Shown here piece by piece: positions 9,199 to 18,767 of a stretch of DNA of 37,982 nucleotides. This stretch comes from a virus. Its lineage: Duplodnaviria > Caudoviricetes. The stretch covers positions 1-37,982 of the IMG/VR virus record IMGVR_UViG_3300015370_000030; one strand, given 5' to 3'. The notes below the pieces were generated by a model. That model did no database searches. It was not told where the DNA came from and saw only the letters and a list, made by a program, of their open reading frames with translations. The position numbers were made by a program, and so were the translations under genes. The number at the start of each line of letters is the position of its first letter. The first letter of the stretch is position 1.

Positions 9199-11214
9199 AT
9201 GAAAAGACAAATATTTATGCTTATTGCTGTGTTCTTACTGATATCTCCGATATTTGCGGCAGATTATACAATTCTGGACAGGATCATAGCCCTTCAGGGA
9301 GGTTCATGGACAGTCAGTTCTGTGCTGACAGGAGAAGTTGAAGTAACGCAGCCGACACATGATGATCTGAATTGCAATGCGAACAGTCAGTGGAATAATG
9401 CTGATGTTTCTGCAACAAATGGTCTTCCGGTCATGCTGTATTCAAAAAACAATATTCAACTTTCCTGTGAGGCATTATCTTATCCGAATCTTCGTACTGG
9501 AATATGGGGCGGAGCAAATATGTCAGTTGTGTCACAACCAGGGGATGGGGTTGCTAATACTGTCTACGGTCTTGTTGTGAATAGTAGACTGATCGGATAT
9601 AACGGCACAACTTGGGATAGATTGAAATCAGATACAACTTATGGACTCGATGTTGATATTACGAGACTATCTTCACTGGTGGCCGGGTCTGCTCATGCTG
9701 GCAGTTTTACAGCAGAACAGGATACGGCAGATACCTGGAAAGTAAGCCTTGCGTCAGTTCCTTCGCATGCGGTAACTAATGCTGGAACATTTGCAGTACA
9801 AGCTGCTTGTACGGGTACTTTCTGGCAGGCTACGCAGCCGGTAAGTGCGGCAGCATTACCATTACCGGCGGGCGCGGCTACATCTGCATTACAGCTTCCA
9901 GATAGTCATAACGTTACTGTAGACAATGCAGATGTTAATCCTGTCAATGTGGGAGGAATTACTTTAGAAGCAATTAAGACATCAGTTGAACTAATTGATA
10001 ATGCTATAAGCGGAAATGAAATGCAGGTTGATGTTATTACATTGCCAACCCTCGCAAACGTAACAACAGTTGCAACAGTAATGAATCTTGCTCAACAGGG
10101 AGGGGTAGCGATTTCTCTGAATACAGGAGTGAGGGATACAGGAACACAGAGGGTTACGATAGCGACTAATGATATTGTACCTACCTCTCAATCGGGAACA
10201 TGGACAGTGCAACCAGGAAATACCCCCAATACAACCGCATGGAAGGTAGACGGAAGCGCAGTTACTCAACCTGTTAGCGGAACCGTAACGGCAAATGCCG
10301 GAACAAATTTAAATACATCTGCTCTTGCGACTTCAGCACTTCAATTAGCTGATGGGCATAATGTTACCATTGATAACCTTGACGCCAATCCTGTTAATGT
10401 GGGGGGCGTAACCACTGAGGCGATAGCAACTTCTGTAGCGAGTGTAGACGGAAAGATAACTGCTTGCAACACTGGAGCAGTAGTGGTTAGTACATTACCC
10501 ACAACTCCAGCAGGAACAAATCTTATTGGGAAAGTTGGAATAGATCAGACAACTCCAGGCACGACCAACGGAGTACAGGTAAACGCAGCACTTCCGGCAG
10601 GAACGGCAAATATCGGTGATGTCGATATAGCGACTATAGCCGCTGGAGATAATAATATTGGTAATGTGGATATAGTAACTTTACCGGCACTGGTGGCAGG
10701 GACAGCGAACATAGGCGATGTTGATATAGCGAGTGCCATACCGGCAGGAACAAATCTCATAGGTAAAGTTGGTATCGATCAGACTACTCCCGGAACAACC
10801 AACGGTGTTCAAGTTAATGCGGCATTGCCAGCAGGAACAAATAACATTGGGGATGTTGATGTAATAACTTTACCCGCACTAGTAGCAGGAACAGCCAATA
10901 TAGGTGATGTTGATGTTCTGACCATGCCGAATGTAGGAATAGCAGTTCCTACAGTATATAATCTTGCACTTACAACAGCAAATACACAATACAGTCAGGC
11001 TTTTTCAAATGCTGAATCCATTACTTTTCAGAATCGTTCTGAAAGCGATATAAGATATGCGTGGGTAACAGGAAAGGTAGCGACTCCAAATGTTCCATAT
11101 ATGACGTTGAAATCTGGATATGTATTCAGTAAAGATAATATTAATATAGCGTCAGGAACCATGTATTTTGCGCATGGTGTGGGCGGTATAACCGTTGAAA
11201 TCGAGGTGTGGTAA
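9199..11214 (+). CDS. Repeat-rich fibre/appendage protein with Sec signal peptide
   Basis: Likely start ATG 9199 (AAGGAG RBS) rather than 9172; [20 protein letters not shown]|AD; many LPAGTxNIGDVD repeats; Thr/Ala/Val-rich. Confidence 0.7.
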   Translation: MKRQIFMLIAVFLLISPIFAADYTILDRIIALQGGSWTVSSVLTGEVEVTQPTHDDLNCNANSQWNNADVSATNGLPVMLYSKNNIQLSCEALSYPNLRTGIWGGANMSVVSQPGDGVANTVYGLVVNSRLIGYNGTTWDRLKSDTTYGLDVDITRLSSLVAGSAHAGSFTAEQDTADTWKVSLASVPSHAVTNAGTFAVQAACTGTFWQATQPVSAAALPLPAGAATSALQLPDSHNVTVDNADVNPVNVGGITLEAIKTSVELIDNAISGNEMQVDVITLPTLANVTTVATVMNLAQQGGVAISLNTGVRDTGTQRVTIATNDIVPTSQSGTWTVQPGNTPNTTAWKVDGSAVTQPVSGTVTANAGTNLNTSALATSALQLADGHNVTIDNLDANPVNVGGVTTEAIATSVASVDGKITACNTGAVVVSTLPTTPAGTNLIGKVGIDQTTPGTTNGVQVNAALPAGTANIGDVDIATIAAGDNNIGNVDIVTLPALVAGTANIGDVDIASAIPAGTNLIGKVGIDQTTPGTTNGVQVNAALPAGTNNIGDVDVITLPALVAGTANIGDVDVLTMPNVGIAVPTVYNLALTTANTQYSQAFSNAESITFQNRSESDIRYAWVTGKVATPNVPYMTLKSGYVFSKDNINIASGTMYFAHGVGGITVEIEVW

Positions 11215-12755
11215 TGAATAACAGAATCAAAACAATACTTGTATTATATGTATGTCTGGTTTCATTTTTTCTTGTTGGGGCAATAAGCACACGTCCCGGG
11301 CAATGGATACGTTCCGGTGCGAATATCATCTACACCGATGGTTCTGTTGGTACTTCTGCAAGTAAAATCCCAAAAGTCTGGGCAACTGATATGGAGGTTA
11401 CTAATCCTATAGTTGGTTCGGCAACAACTAATGCAAATTTAACGGGGCCAATTACTTCGGTTGGTAACGCTACATCTGTTGCTGCACAAACTGGTACTGG
11501 TAGTACATTTGTAATGGATACTTCTCCTACTTTGGTTACTCCTTTGCTTGGTACACCGACATCCGGGACAGCTACAAATCTTACAGGACTTCCTCTGAGT
11601 ACGGGGGTGACGGGTAATCTTCCAGTTACGAATCTTAATTCTGGAACTGGAGCCTCTGCAACAACGTTCTGGAGAGGGGATGGGACGTGGACTGTTCCTG
11701 CTGGTTCTGGGGATGTATCAAAAGTTGGTACTCCTGTTAATAATCAGATAGGTGTTTGGACAGGTGATGGAACGATTGAAGGGGATGCTGATTTCACCTG
11801 GAATGGTCTTGGTCTTACTGTTTCACGAGCAACCATAGGTACGACTCAACTTGTCGGGGTGAGCGTGGAAAATCCCACAGCGGCAGCAGCAGCAGCACAG
11901 CAATACAGCCCTGTTTTTGAACTGGAGGGGCAGGGATGGAAAACAGATGCCACTGCTGGAAGTCAGGAAGTGAAATGGGGATTACAAACCAGACCAGTTC
12001 AAGGTGCAGCCAATCCCACGGGAGCATTGGATTTCTTATCCAGTATCAATGCAGGTGCATATACCGCAAAGGCAACATTAACAAGTGCAGGTGTATTATC
12101 AGCCACTACATTTTCTGGAGCTTTAGCTGGAAATGCAACAACCGCAACGGATACAGCAGCGAAAACCGGTACCGGTTCTACTTATGCTACAAATACTTCT
12201 CCGACTTTTGTAACTCCTGCTCTTGGTACACCTTCTGCTTTGGTAGGAACTAATATTTCAGGAACCGCTGCCGGATTAACGGCGGGATCGGTTTCAACCA
12301 TTGCTGGACATGCTCCTAACACACAAAACACTTATGCGAGAACGCAGTACCTGATTCCTTATGCAGACACAACTACCTCATTTGGTCAAATAGCGATCGG
12401 CACATCAGGACAGGTTCTTACTTCAAATGGAGCTGGGGCTGCACCGACTATGCAATCTGCGGCTGCTGGTGAAACCATTGATGGTTGGGTTATTTTTCAA
12501 GGTTCGGATACTTTTACTCTTTTTGATAGTTTTAATGTGTTTTCAATAGCTGATAATGGAGTGGGTACTTACCAAATAAATTGGGATGTCGATTTTGCCA
12601 CTAATTATTATAGCATAGCACTTTCAAGCGACGGTGCTACTTATACTAATAGTTCTGATACTATTACAGGTACTTATTGTATTGTCAAATTTTGGAACGT
12701 TAATAATGTCTTAGCTGATACCACCAGAATAGGTGTTATGGCTATAGGAGACTAA
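11214..12755 (+). CDS. Tail fibre protein with N-terminal hydrophobic/signal segment
   Basis: Likely ATG 11214 (TAATG overlap, GAGGTG RBS); GTG...[13 protein letters not shown] repeats, [14 protein letters not shown]-terminal GWVIFQG...[19 protein letters not shown] tip domain. Confidence 0.75.
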   Translation: MNNRIKTILVLYVCLVSFFLVGAISTRPGQWIRSGANIIYTDGSVGTSASKIPKVWATDMEVTNPIVGSATTNANLTGPITSVGNATSVAAQTGTGSTFVMDTSPTLVTPLLGTPTSGTATNLTGLPLSTGVTGNLPVTNLNSGTGASATTFWRGDGTWTVPAGSGDVSKVGTPVNNQIGVWTGDGTIEGDADFTWNGLGLTVSRATIGTTQLVGVSVENPTAAAAAAQQYSPVFELEGQGWKTDATAGSQEVKWGLQTRPVQGAANPTGALDFLSSINAGAYTAKATLTSAGVLSATTFSGALAGNATTATDTAAKTGTGSTYATNTSPTFVTPALGTPSALVGTNISGTAAGLTAGSVSTIAGHAPNTQNTYARTQYLIPYADTTTSFGQIAIGTSGQVLTSNGAGAAPTMQSAAAGETIDGWVIFQGSDTFTLFDSFNVFSIADNGVGTYQINWDVDFATNYYSIALSSDGATYTNSSDTITGTYCIVKFWNVNNVLADTTRIGVMAIGD

Positions 12756-12759
12756 TAAA

Positions 12760-13170
12760 ATGAAGAAATTATTTTTAATTTTACTATTATTATTTTTTGT
12801 TAATGTTTGTTTTTCTTATACTGTTAGAATACTAAAAAATTTAGATGGAACAATATCTGTAATCTATCCTGCACCAAAGTCAAAAAAAGCAACAGAGACA
12901 ATGGAGCAATGGCTTAATAGAGTATTTACAAAAGCGAATCCTAAAAGTTTGCCATATGAGGATATTGACAGCTCTGAATTACCTGCAACAAGAATTGACA
13001 GAAAATACTGGAAGAAAGAATTAACAAAACCAATTACCATTGACACTGTTAAAAAGAATGTTGATGTTCAGAAAAAAGCAGACAAAAAAGCAGAAAAGGA
13101 AACACTCAGATTGAAACTAAATCTTTCTGTAGAGGAATGGAATTTACTACAAGACAAAATAACCGAATAA
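12760..13170 (+). CDS. Putative tail-fibre chaperone/accessory protein with signal peptide
   Basis: MKKLFLILLLLFFVNVCFS|Y; DGTISVIYPAP...LPYEDIDSSELPATRIDRKYW resembles small proteins that follow fibre genes. Confidence 0.6.
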   Translation: MKKLFLILLLLFFVNVCFSYTVRILKNLDGTISVIYPAPKSKKATETMEQWLNRVFTKANPKSLPYEDIDSSELPATRIDRKYWKKELTKPITIDTVKKNVDVQKKADKKAEKETLRLKLNLSVEEWNLLQDKITE

Positions 13171-13219
13171 AAACAAAGGCGGGCAAAGACCCGTGATAAA
13201 ATAAAAGGAATACCCATAA

Positions 13220-13270
13220 GCAGAAATAGACGCAATCAAAGCAAGACTGGAGGTGCTGGAAGGGAAATAA
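13220..13270 (+). pseudogene. Orphan 3-prime fragment of a fibre-type gene (AEIDAIKARLEVLEGK*)
   Basis: 16 codons plus TAA, with an in-frame TAA just upstream and no start; heptad pattern typical of fibre/S74 chaperone C-termini; its stop abuts the next gene's RBS. Confidence 0.4.
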
Positions 13271-13282
13271 GGAGGAGAAATC

Positions 13283-13444
13283 ATGCCCGCAAAGTCAAAA
13301 CAACAATTTAAATTGATGAAGGGAATAGCGGAAGGGAATATAAAGCCGAAGAAAGGATTGACGAAGAAAGTTGCTACTGAATTTGTAAAGGGGCAAAGTC
13401 CTGAGGGATTGCCAAAGAAGAAGAAGAAAAAGAAATCGAAGTAA
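13283..13444 (+). CDS. Small basic protein, 53 aa (not in ORF track)
   Basis: GGAGG RBS at 13271-13275; MPAKSKQQFKLMKGIAEGNIKPKKGLTKKVATEFVKGQSPEGLPKKKKKKKSK. Confidence 0.75.
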   Translation: MPAKSKQQFKLMKGIAEGNIKPKKGLTKKVATEFVKGQSPEGLPKKKKKKKSK

Positions 13445-13456
13445 AAAGGTGACAAT

Positions 13457-14320
13457 ATGTCAAGATTAACAACCCAGCGAGATGATTTGATAATAAGAGC
13501 CTATAAACTGTTGGGATTAAAACAGTGGGGCAATGATTTATATCCCGAAGACCTCGAAGATGGAATTGAATGCTTGAATGATTTAATCAATCTATTGCAG
13601 GAATATGGAGTATATTTATGGCGTGGTGCCACTGTGAGTTATCCAATGACAGCGAGTTCTCAAAGATTGGGTGTTACAGATGGTTTAAACTATACTTGTA
13701 GAAAATCACATCTGGCGGCAGCGGCAACGGCAGATACCGAACCCGGAGCAGGAGCAAACTGGCAGGAATTCTGGATACAGGACGGCGAGGATGCAACAAT
13801 AGACTGGACGATAACAACCATTTACACTTCCATAGGTGATTTTTCTTCCAGCGATATAACCGATGGCGACTCCATAATTCTCGTAGACAGGGCATGGCTC
13901 AGAGTGGATGGCAAGGATAGATCAATCAGACTTATCTCCAAAAAGGAATTTCAGGATATTGAAACCAAATATTCAGAAGGGGATATAACTCATTTATACG
14001 TTGATTACGGACAATCTCAGACAACTTATCTTAACTTTCATACTTATCCTTATCTTGATGATACAGATAAATTACTTTTTCTGGAAGTTCAGAAGGCGGC
14101 AGACAAATTGACGGCAGCCAGTGATTATCCGGAAATCCCTTCAAGCTGGATAATTCCAATGGCTTATCTACTGGCTTCCCTATTGGGAGATATCAAGCAG
14201 GTCAATCCCACAAGACTTGACGGAATCAAGCGCGATGCAACAGGTTTTCTAAAATTCATAACCGGAAAGACAAAAACAAAAATAAAGGGAAGGAGAAAGA
14301 AAGGAGCAATGAGATTATAA
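13457..14320 (+). CDS. Head-to-tail adaptor-like virion protein
   Basis: LIIRAYKLLG...EDGIECLNDLINLLQ...LW at N-terminus and EIPSSW...YLLASLLG at C-terminus, typical of podovirus adaptors. Confidence 0.65.
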   Translation: MSRLTTQRDDLIIRAYKLLGLKQWGNDLYPEDLEDGIECLNDLINLLQEYGVYLWRGATVSYPMTASSQRLGVTDGLNYTCRKSHLAAAATADTEPGAGANWQEFWIQDGEDATIDWTITTIYTSIGDFSSSDITDGDSIILVDRAWLRVDGKDRSIRLISKKEFQDIETKYSEGDITHLYVDYGQSQTTYLNFHTYPYLDDTDKLLFLEVQKAADKLTAASDYPEIPSSWIIPMAYLLASLLGDIKQVNPTRLDGIKRDATGFLKFITGKTKTKIKGRRKKGAMRL

Positions 14321-15528
14321 TGAAAAGACTTTTACTATTATTTTTATTAATATTCATTTTTCAGATGTTCCTTTTTGGATCAGCAGTACAAGTAGAATCT
14401 GGAATGTCAGGTTTTCAAACATCTACAGGATTGCCATCTTCAGGATATAAATTATACACGTATGAAATAGGAACTACGACACAAAAAACAACATGGTCAG
14501 ATCGGGCAAAAGTTGTAGCTAATACCAATCCAATCATACTAGACAGCAAAGGCAGAGCAGTTATATTCGCAGACGGAATGTATGACTTTGTTTTGAAAAC
14601 GTCAGAAGATGTAACAGACCAGACATGGGAATCGGTAAATTACAGATCATTAGGAGAAAGTCTTGAACTAATAGATGGTTCAGGTGTTTCGCAGGTATAC
14701 TTTACAGCAGACGGCGGAGTAAGTTACGTTAAAGGTGGGGATTTTGGAGTAGGAACGGCAACACCGACAACAATTCTTCATATTTCAGATACTTCACCAG
14801 CAATAAGAATAAAAGACACTTCAGAGGGCATAGATATTGACATAAAACTTGCAAGTGGATATTTTGAGATAAAAACAGTTTCAGGGGTAACGGTAGAGAG
14901 TCTTTTAAAGGTTCCTGCTGCATTAGACGAAGCACCTAGCGGATTCTTGGCTACTCCTGTCGGCACTATTCAAATGTATGCTGGGGCAACTGCGCCTACT
15001 GCTTGGTTACTGTGTCAGGGGCAGGCATTAAACGCTACTGCCAATCCTAAGTATGCTCCGTTATATGCAGTTATAGGAATTACTTATGGAGGAACTGGAA
15101 TTGCTGCTTTTAATGTTCCTGACTTTCAGAATAGATACGCAAGGGGCGTAGGTACTTCAGAAAGGGGAGATACTGTTAACCAATTAACAAAACTTCCTAC
15201 AAATGCTTTTACTGATGCGGCTACTGGAATACAGTCGGCATCTCATACTCATTCTGGAACTACTTCTGGACAATCGGTAACGCATACGCATTCTATTGAT
15301 TGTGGGTCTTCCGGAACAATACCAGGATCAAATGTTGCCACGAATGCCGGAAGTGGTCAACCGATATCCACTGGCAACGCCTCGGCAGACCATACCCATA
15401 CTGTTACAACAGGAAATCAATCTGCTTCTCATACTCACACTGTAACTATAGATGGTGGCGGAGATGCAGAAACCCGCCCGAACTCAGTAGTAGTAAATTA
15501 TATTATATATACAGGAACTAAATACTAA
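14320..15528 (+). CDS. Tail fibre with virion-attachment domain, tail-collar domain and HxH repeats; N-terminal signal peptide
   Basis: GYKLYTYEIGTTT...NTNPIILDSKGRA attachment-like domain; PVGTIQMYAGATAPTAWLLCQG...LYAVIGITYGG...FNVPD collar; four HTH tripeptides; ETRPNSVVVNYII end. Confidence 0.85.
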   Translation: MKRLLLLFLLIFIFQMFLFGSAVQVESGMSGFQTSTGLPSSGYKLYTYEIGTTTQKTTWSDRAKVVANTNPIILDSKGRAVIFADGMYDFVLKTSEDVTDQTWESVNYRSLGESLELIDGSGVSQVYFTADGGVSYVKGGDFGVGTATPTTILHISDTSPAIRIKDTSEGIDIDIKLASGYFEIKTVSGVTVESLLKVPAALDEAPSGFLATPVGTIQMYAGATAPTAWLLCQGQALNATANPKYAPLYAVIGITYGGTGIAAFNVPDFQNRYARGVGTSERGDTVNQLTKLPTNAFTDAATGIQSASHTHSGTTSGQSVTHTHSIDCGSSGTIPGSNVATNAGSGQPISTGNASADHTHTVTTGNQSASHTHTVTIDGGGDAETRPNSVVVNYIIYTGTKY

Positions 15529-16943
15529 TGACATACCGAGCAATACCTCTTTTTTCAAAAACACAACAAGGAGTACCGGACATAGTAGTAACTTCAGGTA
15601 TTGCAAAAATAATAAATGCTTTCAAAAACGAATACAACTATATCGTAAAAAGAAGGGGACTGGATGTATATATTGATATTACAGGAGTTGATGAACCCGT
15701 CAGGGGAGTGTATCATTGGAAAAAACAGGATATAACAATAGCGTCTTGTAACGGAAGATTATATTTGCTCGACATAACTTTGAAAACAGCCACACTGATA
15801 GCGGGCGATTCTCTGGCGGATGGTGTTCCTGTGTTTTCCGAGAACGGAGATGGGTCTATTTTATTTATTGCAGACGGCGGAAGGCTTATAAGATGGGATG
15901 GTTCCGGCAATGCGAATTATGAACCTTCCATAACTTTCAATGTTTCCCACGTTGCCAGAATGAACAGAATCACCATAGTCAATAGAGTGGGGGATGGCAG
16001 GTGGTATTTTTCCGACACCAACGCTACAGCATTCACTCCTGGAACAGATTATTTCAACGCAGAGGCGGCCAGTGATGACATAAAAGGTCTGGTAGTGGTA
16101 AGAGAAGAAGCCTTCTTTCTCGGCACCGATACCGGGGAATACTGGTATCATGATGGAATTACATTCAAACCTAAAAAGCTCATAATACCAAGAGGAACCG
16201 AGGCGGCCAATTCTCTGTGTGTTTCAGATGATATAATCTATTTTCTGGATAGTAAGCGGCAGTTTATACAGGCTCCCGGTGCCGGACAGGAGGTTATAGT
16301 ATCGAGCAATTATCGTGATGAATTCGAGGGACTTGAAACAACAAATGATTGTATGGCGACGCCAATAAGAGTGGATGGACATTCTGCCATAAGACTGGAT
16401 TTCCCTTCCGATTCAAGAACATTCGTTTACGATATAGTATATAAGGACTGGTTCGAGTGGTCATACTGGGATACTGGCTATGGAATACACAAACAATATC
16501 TGGGCAACGGATTCTGTTATATTGATTCCGCAGGACTTACCTTGATGGGTGACAGGAGATTCAACGGGCAGATATTAGTAGAGGACAAGGACACATATCA
16601 GGATGATTCGGACGCCATTCTGGTGGCCGTTACCACCGGGCATATTGATTGGGGCGTGGCTGCAATGTATAAATATTGTTCGAGAATGTACGGATATTTC
16701 AAAAGAGGAATCGCAAACGCGGCGGTTTTGATTCCGAAAGTGATGTTTCGATGGCGGGATAACAGAAGGGGATGGAACAACAAACTTACCTTTTCACTTG
16801 GACAGACCGGCGAATATGAAATTGATGTTAATTTCGGATCTTGTGGAAGATATAAATCAAGACAGATTGAAGTATCGCACTCAGACGCCACAGAATTTGT
16901 AATGATGGGATTAGCGGAAGATAATGATCCGGAAGAAGCTTAA
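15528..16943 (+). CDS. Tail hub / packaged DNA stabilisation protein (P22 gp10-like)
   Basis: 471 aa beta-propeller-like; FLGTDTGEYW, RTFVYD...W, FGSCGRYKSRQIEV pattern; position before ejection genes. Confidence 0.75.
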   Translation: MTYRAIPLFSKTQQGVPDIVVTSGIAKIINAFKNEYNYIVKRRGLDVYIDITGVDEPVRGVYHWKKQDITIASCNGRLYLLDITLKTATLIAGDSLADGVPVFSENGDGSILFIADGGRLIRWDGSGNANYEPSITFNVSHVARMNRITIVNRVGDGRWYFSDTNATAFTPGTDYFNAEAASDDIKGLVVVREEAFFLGTDTGEYWYHDGITFKPKKLIIPRGTEAANSLCVSDDIIYFLDSKRQFIQAPGAGQEVIVSSNYRDEFEGLETTNDCMATPIRVDGHSAIRLDFPSDSRTFVYDIVYKDWFEWSYWDTGYGIHKQYLGNGFCYIDSAGLTLMGDRRFNGQILVEDKDTYQDDSDAILVAVTTGHIDWGVAAMYKYCSRMYGYFKRGIANAAVLIPKVMFRWRDNRRGWNNKLTFSLGQTGEYEIDVNFGSCGRYKSRQIEVSHSDATEFVMMGLAEDNDPEEA

Positions 16944-16945
16944 TT

Positions 16946-17374
16946 ATGGGAGGGAAATATCCAATACCGAAAGAGACGGATTCCTTCTATGTATGGCAAA
17001 AATGGAGGGAACATCTGGCTTATCCCTTTGTAGACAGAGGGAACATTGCGGCGTGGGATTTCTCCATAGGAGCAGGATTGACAGCAGACGGAGCCGAACA
17101 TACACTGGATTTATCGACTATAATTCCGGATTTATCAATATCCAGAGTGAAATTGAGTATTGCCATTCAGGATAATGCAGTAGGGACTGGTATAATTATA
17201 AAAGAAAATGGCAATGCTGATGATATAAATGCCCTCGTGAGATATACACAGGTTGCCAATCAGATAAAATATGATAATGACAGTTTTATGCTTGATGCAA
17301 ATAACTATGTTGCATATAAGATAACGGCAGGTATGGACGCTGCATACATAGCAGTACAGGGATGGTGGCCGTAA
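16946..17374 (+). CDS. Hypothetical virion protein
   Basis: 142 aa, tightly packed between the hub and GNAT-like genes. Confidence 0.6.
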   Translation: MGGKYPIPKETDSFYVWQKWREHLAYPFVDRGNIAAWDFSIGAGLTADGAEHTLDLSTIIPDLSISRVKLSIAIQDNAVGTGIIIKENGNADDINALVRYTQVANQIKYDNDSFMLDANNYVAYKITAGMDAAYIAVQGWWP

Positions 17375-17874
17375 TGATACAACGGGCAGTTTCCGCGGAT
17401 CATGCAGATAAGATAAACAGGATATTGATACATCCCGGAATATGGAACAGTATAGCAGATGATTTTTCCGGAGAACCACAGGATTATGATTGTTACGAAA
17501 TAATCCAAAAGGGTGAGGATGTCGCAATAATCCTGAGCGATTTTGAAACAATTGCATTTATAGTACACAGGGTAAATGGGATCACATGGGAGGGGCATTT
17601 CGCAATCACTCCCGAAAAAAGAAAGGTGAAATTTCTTCTCCAGGAAGCCGAAGAAGCGTTGAATTATATCTTTGAAAAAACATCCTGTAGAAAACTTATC
17701 GGTTTCATACCGGAAGATAATAAAGCGGGACTGTTGTTTCTGAGAGAATGCGGATTTAAAGTAGAAGGAAACTGTACAAAAAGCATTCTTCAAGACAGGA
17801 TTCTAAAAGATAGAGTATTAGTAGGTTTAAATAAAAAAGATTGGAGAAAGGAGGCGACAACCAATGGGAGTTAG
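17374..17874 (+). CDS. GNAT-fold protein (P22 gp14/DUF2824-like)
   Basis: Likely ATG 17374 (TAATG); WEGHFAI...CRKLIGFIPEDNKAGLLFLRECGFKVEG acetyltransferase-fold motif; usual position before ejection genes. Confidence 0.7.
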   Translation: MIQRAVSADHADKINRILIHPGIWNSIADDFSGEPQDYDCYEIIQKGEDVAIILSDFETIAFIVHRVNGITWEGHFAITPEKRKVKFLLQEAEEALNYIFEKTSCRKLIGFIPEDNKAGLLFLRECGFKVEGNCTKSILQDRILKDRVLVGLNKKDWRKEATTNGS

Positions 17875-18763
17875 TGCTTTAGTGGGGGCAACCATAGGAT
17901 CGGCAATCATAGGCGGAGTAGCGGCGCAAAGATCCAAACGGGCTCAGATTGAGGGCGCGAGAATAGGCGCACAGGCTCAGACGGCGGCATTGGGACAAGC
18001 GGGTGAAGTTATTACTGCCGCCACCGAAAAAAGGATCAGTGGGATTAGAGAAACTACAGCCGCGCAGATAGCAGTAGAAAAGCAGACCGCGGCAGAAGTT
18101 ATAAAAATGCAGAAAGAAATGTACGGCGAAATTATGAAAGAGTTCATGCCGTATAACGAAGTTGCGATGAAGGCGGTGCAGTTCATGGAAGCCGACGCTT
18201 ACGGCGGGGAAACGTCGCCCTTATATCTATGGCAGTCAGAAAAGGTTCACAAGGCTCTTGATGTAGCAATGGGGGCAGGAAGAACATATGATTCAGGGCA
18301 GGCCATATATCAACACGGAGAAGCAGAAGCGGAACTGGCGGCACGGGAAGCCGAACGCAAACGCGGAGTGGTGAGAAGCCTGGCAGAGATAGGAACAACC
18401 GGTCAGCGAGTCGGGGCACAATTGGGAACAGGCATGACGGAACAGATAACTGGGCAGGTGGCCCGAACAGGAGAGAGGATATCCGGATTGATGGGGTTGG
18501 AACAAGGTACCATAGACCGGGCGTATGCCGACCTTGCCGAATTTCAGAGCCGAAGCGCAATAGAAGGGGGACGGATAACAGCCCAGGGAGCAACAGAAGG
18601 GGGACGGATAACAGCCCAGGGAGCCAGTACGGTAGCGGGGGCCAGGTCGGGCTTTGCGGAAGATATGTATGAAACCGTCCGAACAATTCCAACAATGCTG
18701 TCTTATCAGGAGGGCTTGAAATATTCCGGTTCCAGAAGAAAGAATAGAATCTTGGGGGGTTGA
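17864..18763 (+). CDS. DNA ejection protein (P22 gp7-like)
   Basis: AAGGAGG RBS; Gly/Ala-rich hydrophobic N-terminus MGVSALVGATIGSAIIGGVAA; Q/A-rich helices; FMPY...ETSPLYLWQ. Confidence 0.65.
   Translation: MGVSALVGATIGSAIIGGVAAQRSKRAQIEGARIGAQAQTAALGQAGEVITAATEKRISGIRETTAAQIAVEKQTAAEVIKMQKEMYGEIMKEFMPYNEVAMKAVQFMEADAYGGETSPLYLWQSEKVHKALDVAMGAGRTYDSGQAIYQHGEAEAELAAREAERKRGVVRSLAEIGTTGQRVGAQLGTGMTEQITGQVARTGERISGLMGLEQGTIDRAYADLAEFQSRSAIEGGRITAQGATEGGRITAQGASTVAGARSGFAEDMYETVRTIPTMLSYQEGLKYSGSRRKNRILGG
18562..18624 (+). repeat. Exact in-frame tandem duplication (30-bp unit, 33-bp period)
   Basis: AGAAGGGGGACGGATAACAGCCCAGGGAGC at 18562-18591 and 18595-18624, encoding EGGRITAQGA twice. Confidence 0.95.
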
Positions 18764-18767
18764 GATA

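Noticed and set aside
9199-15528. Diversity-generating retroelement or invertible fibre cassette
   Set aside because: No reverse transcriptase or invertase; the repeat copies differ mainly at synonymous positions rather than in an adenine-specific way
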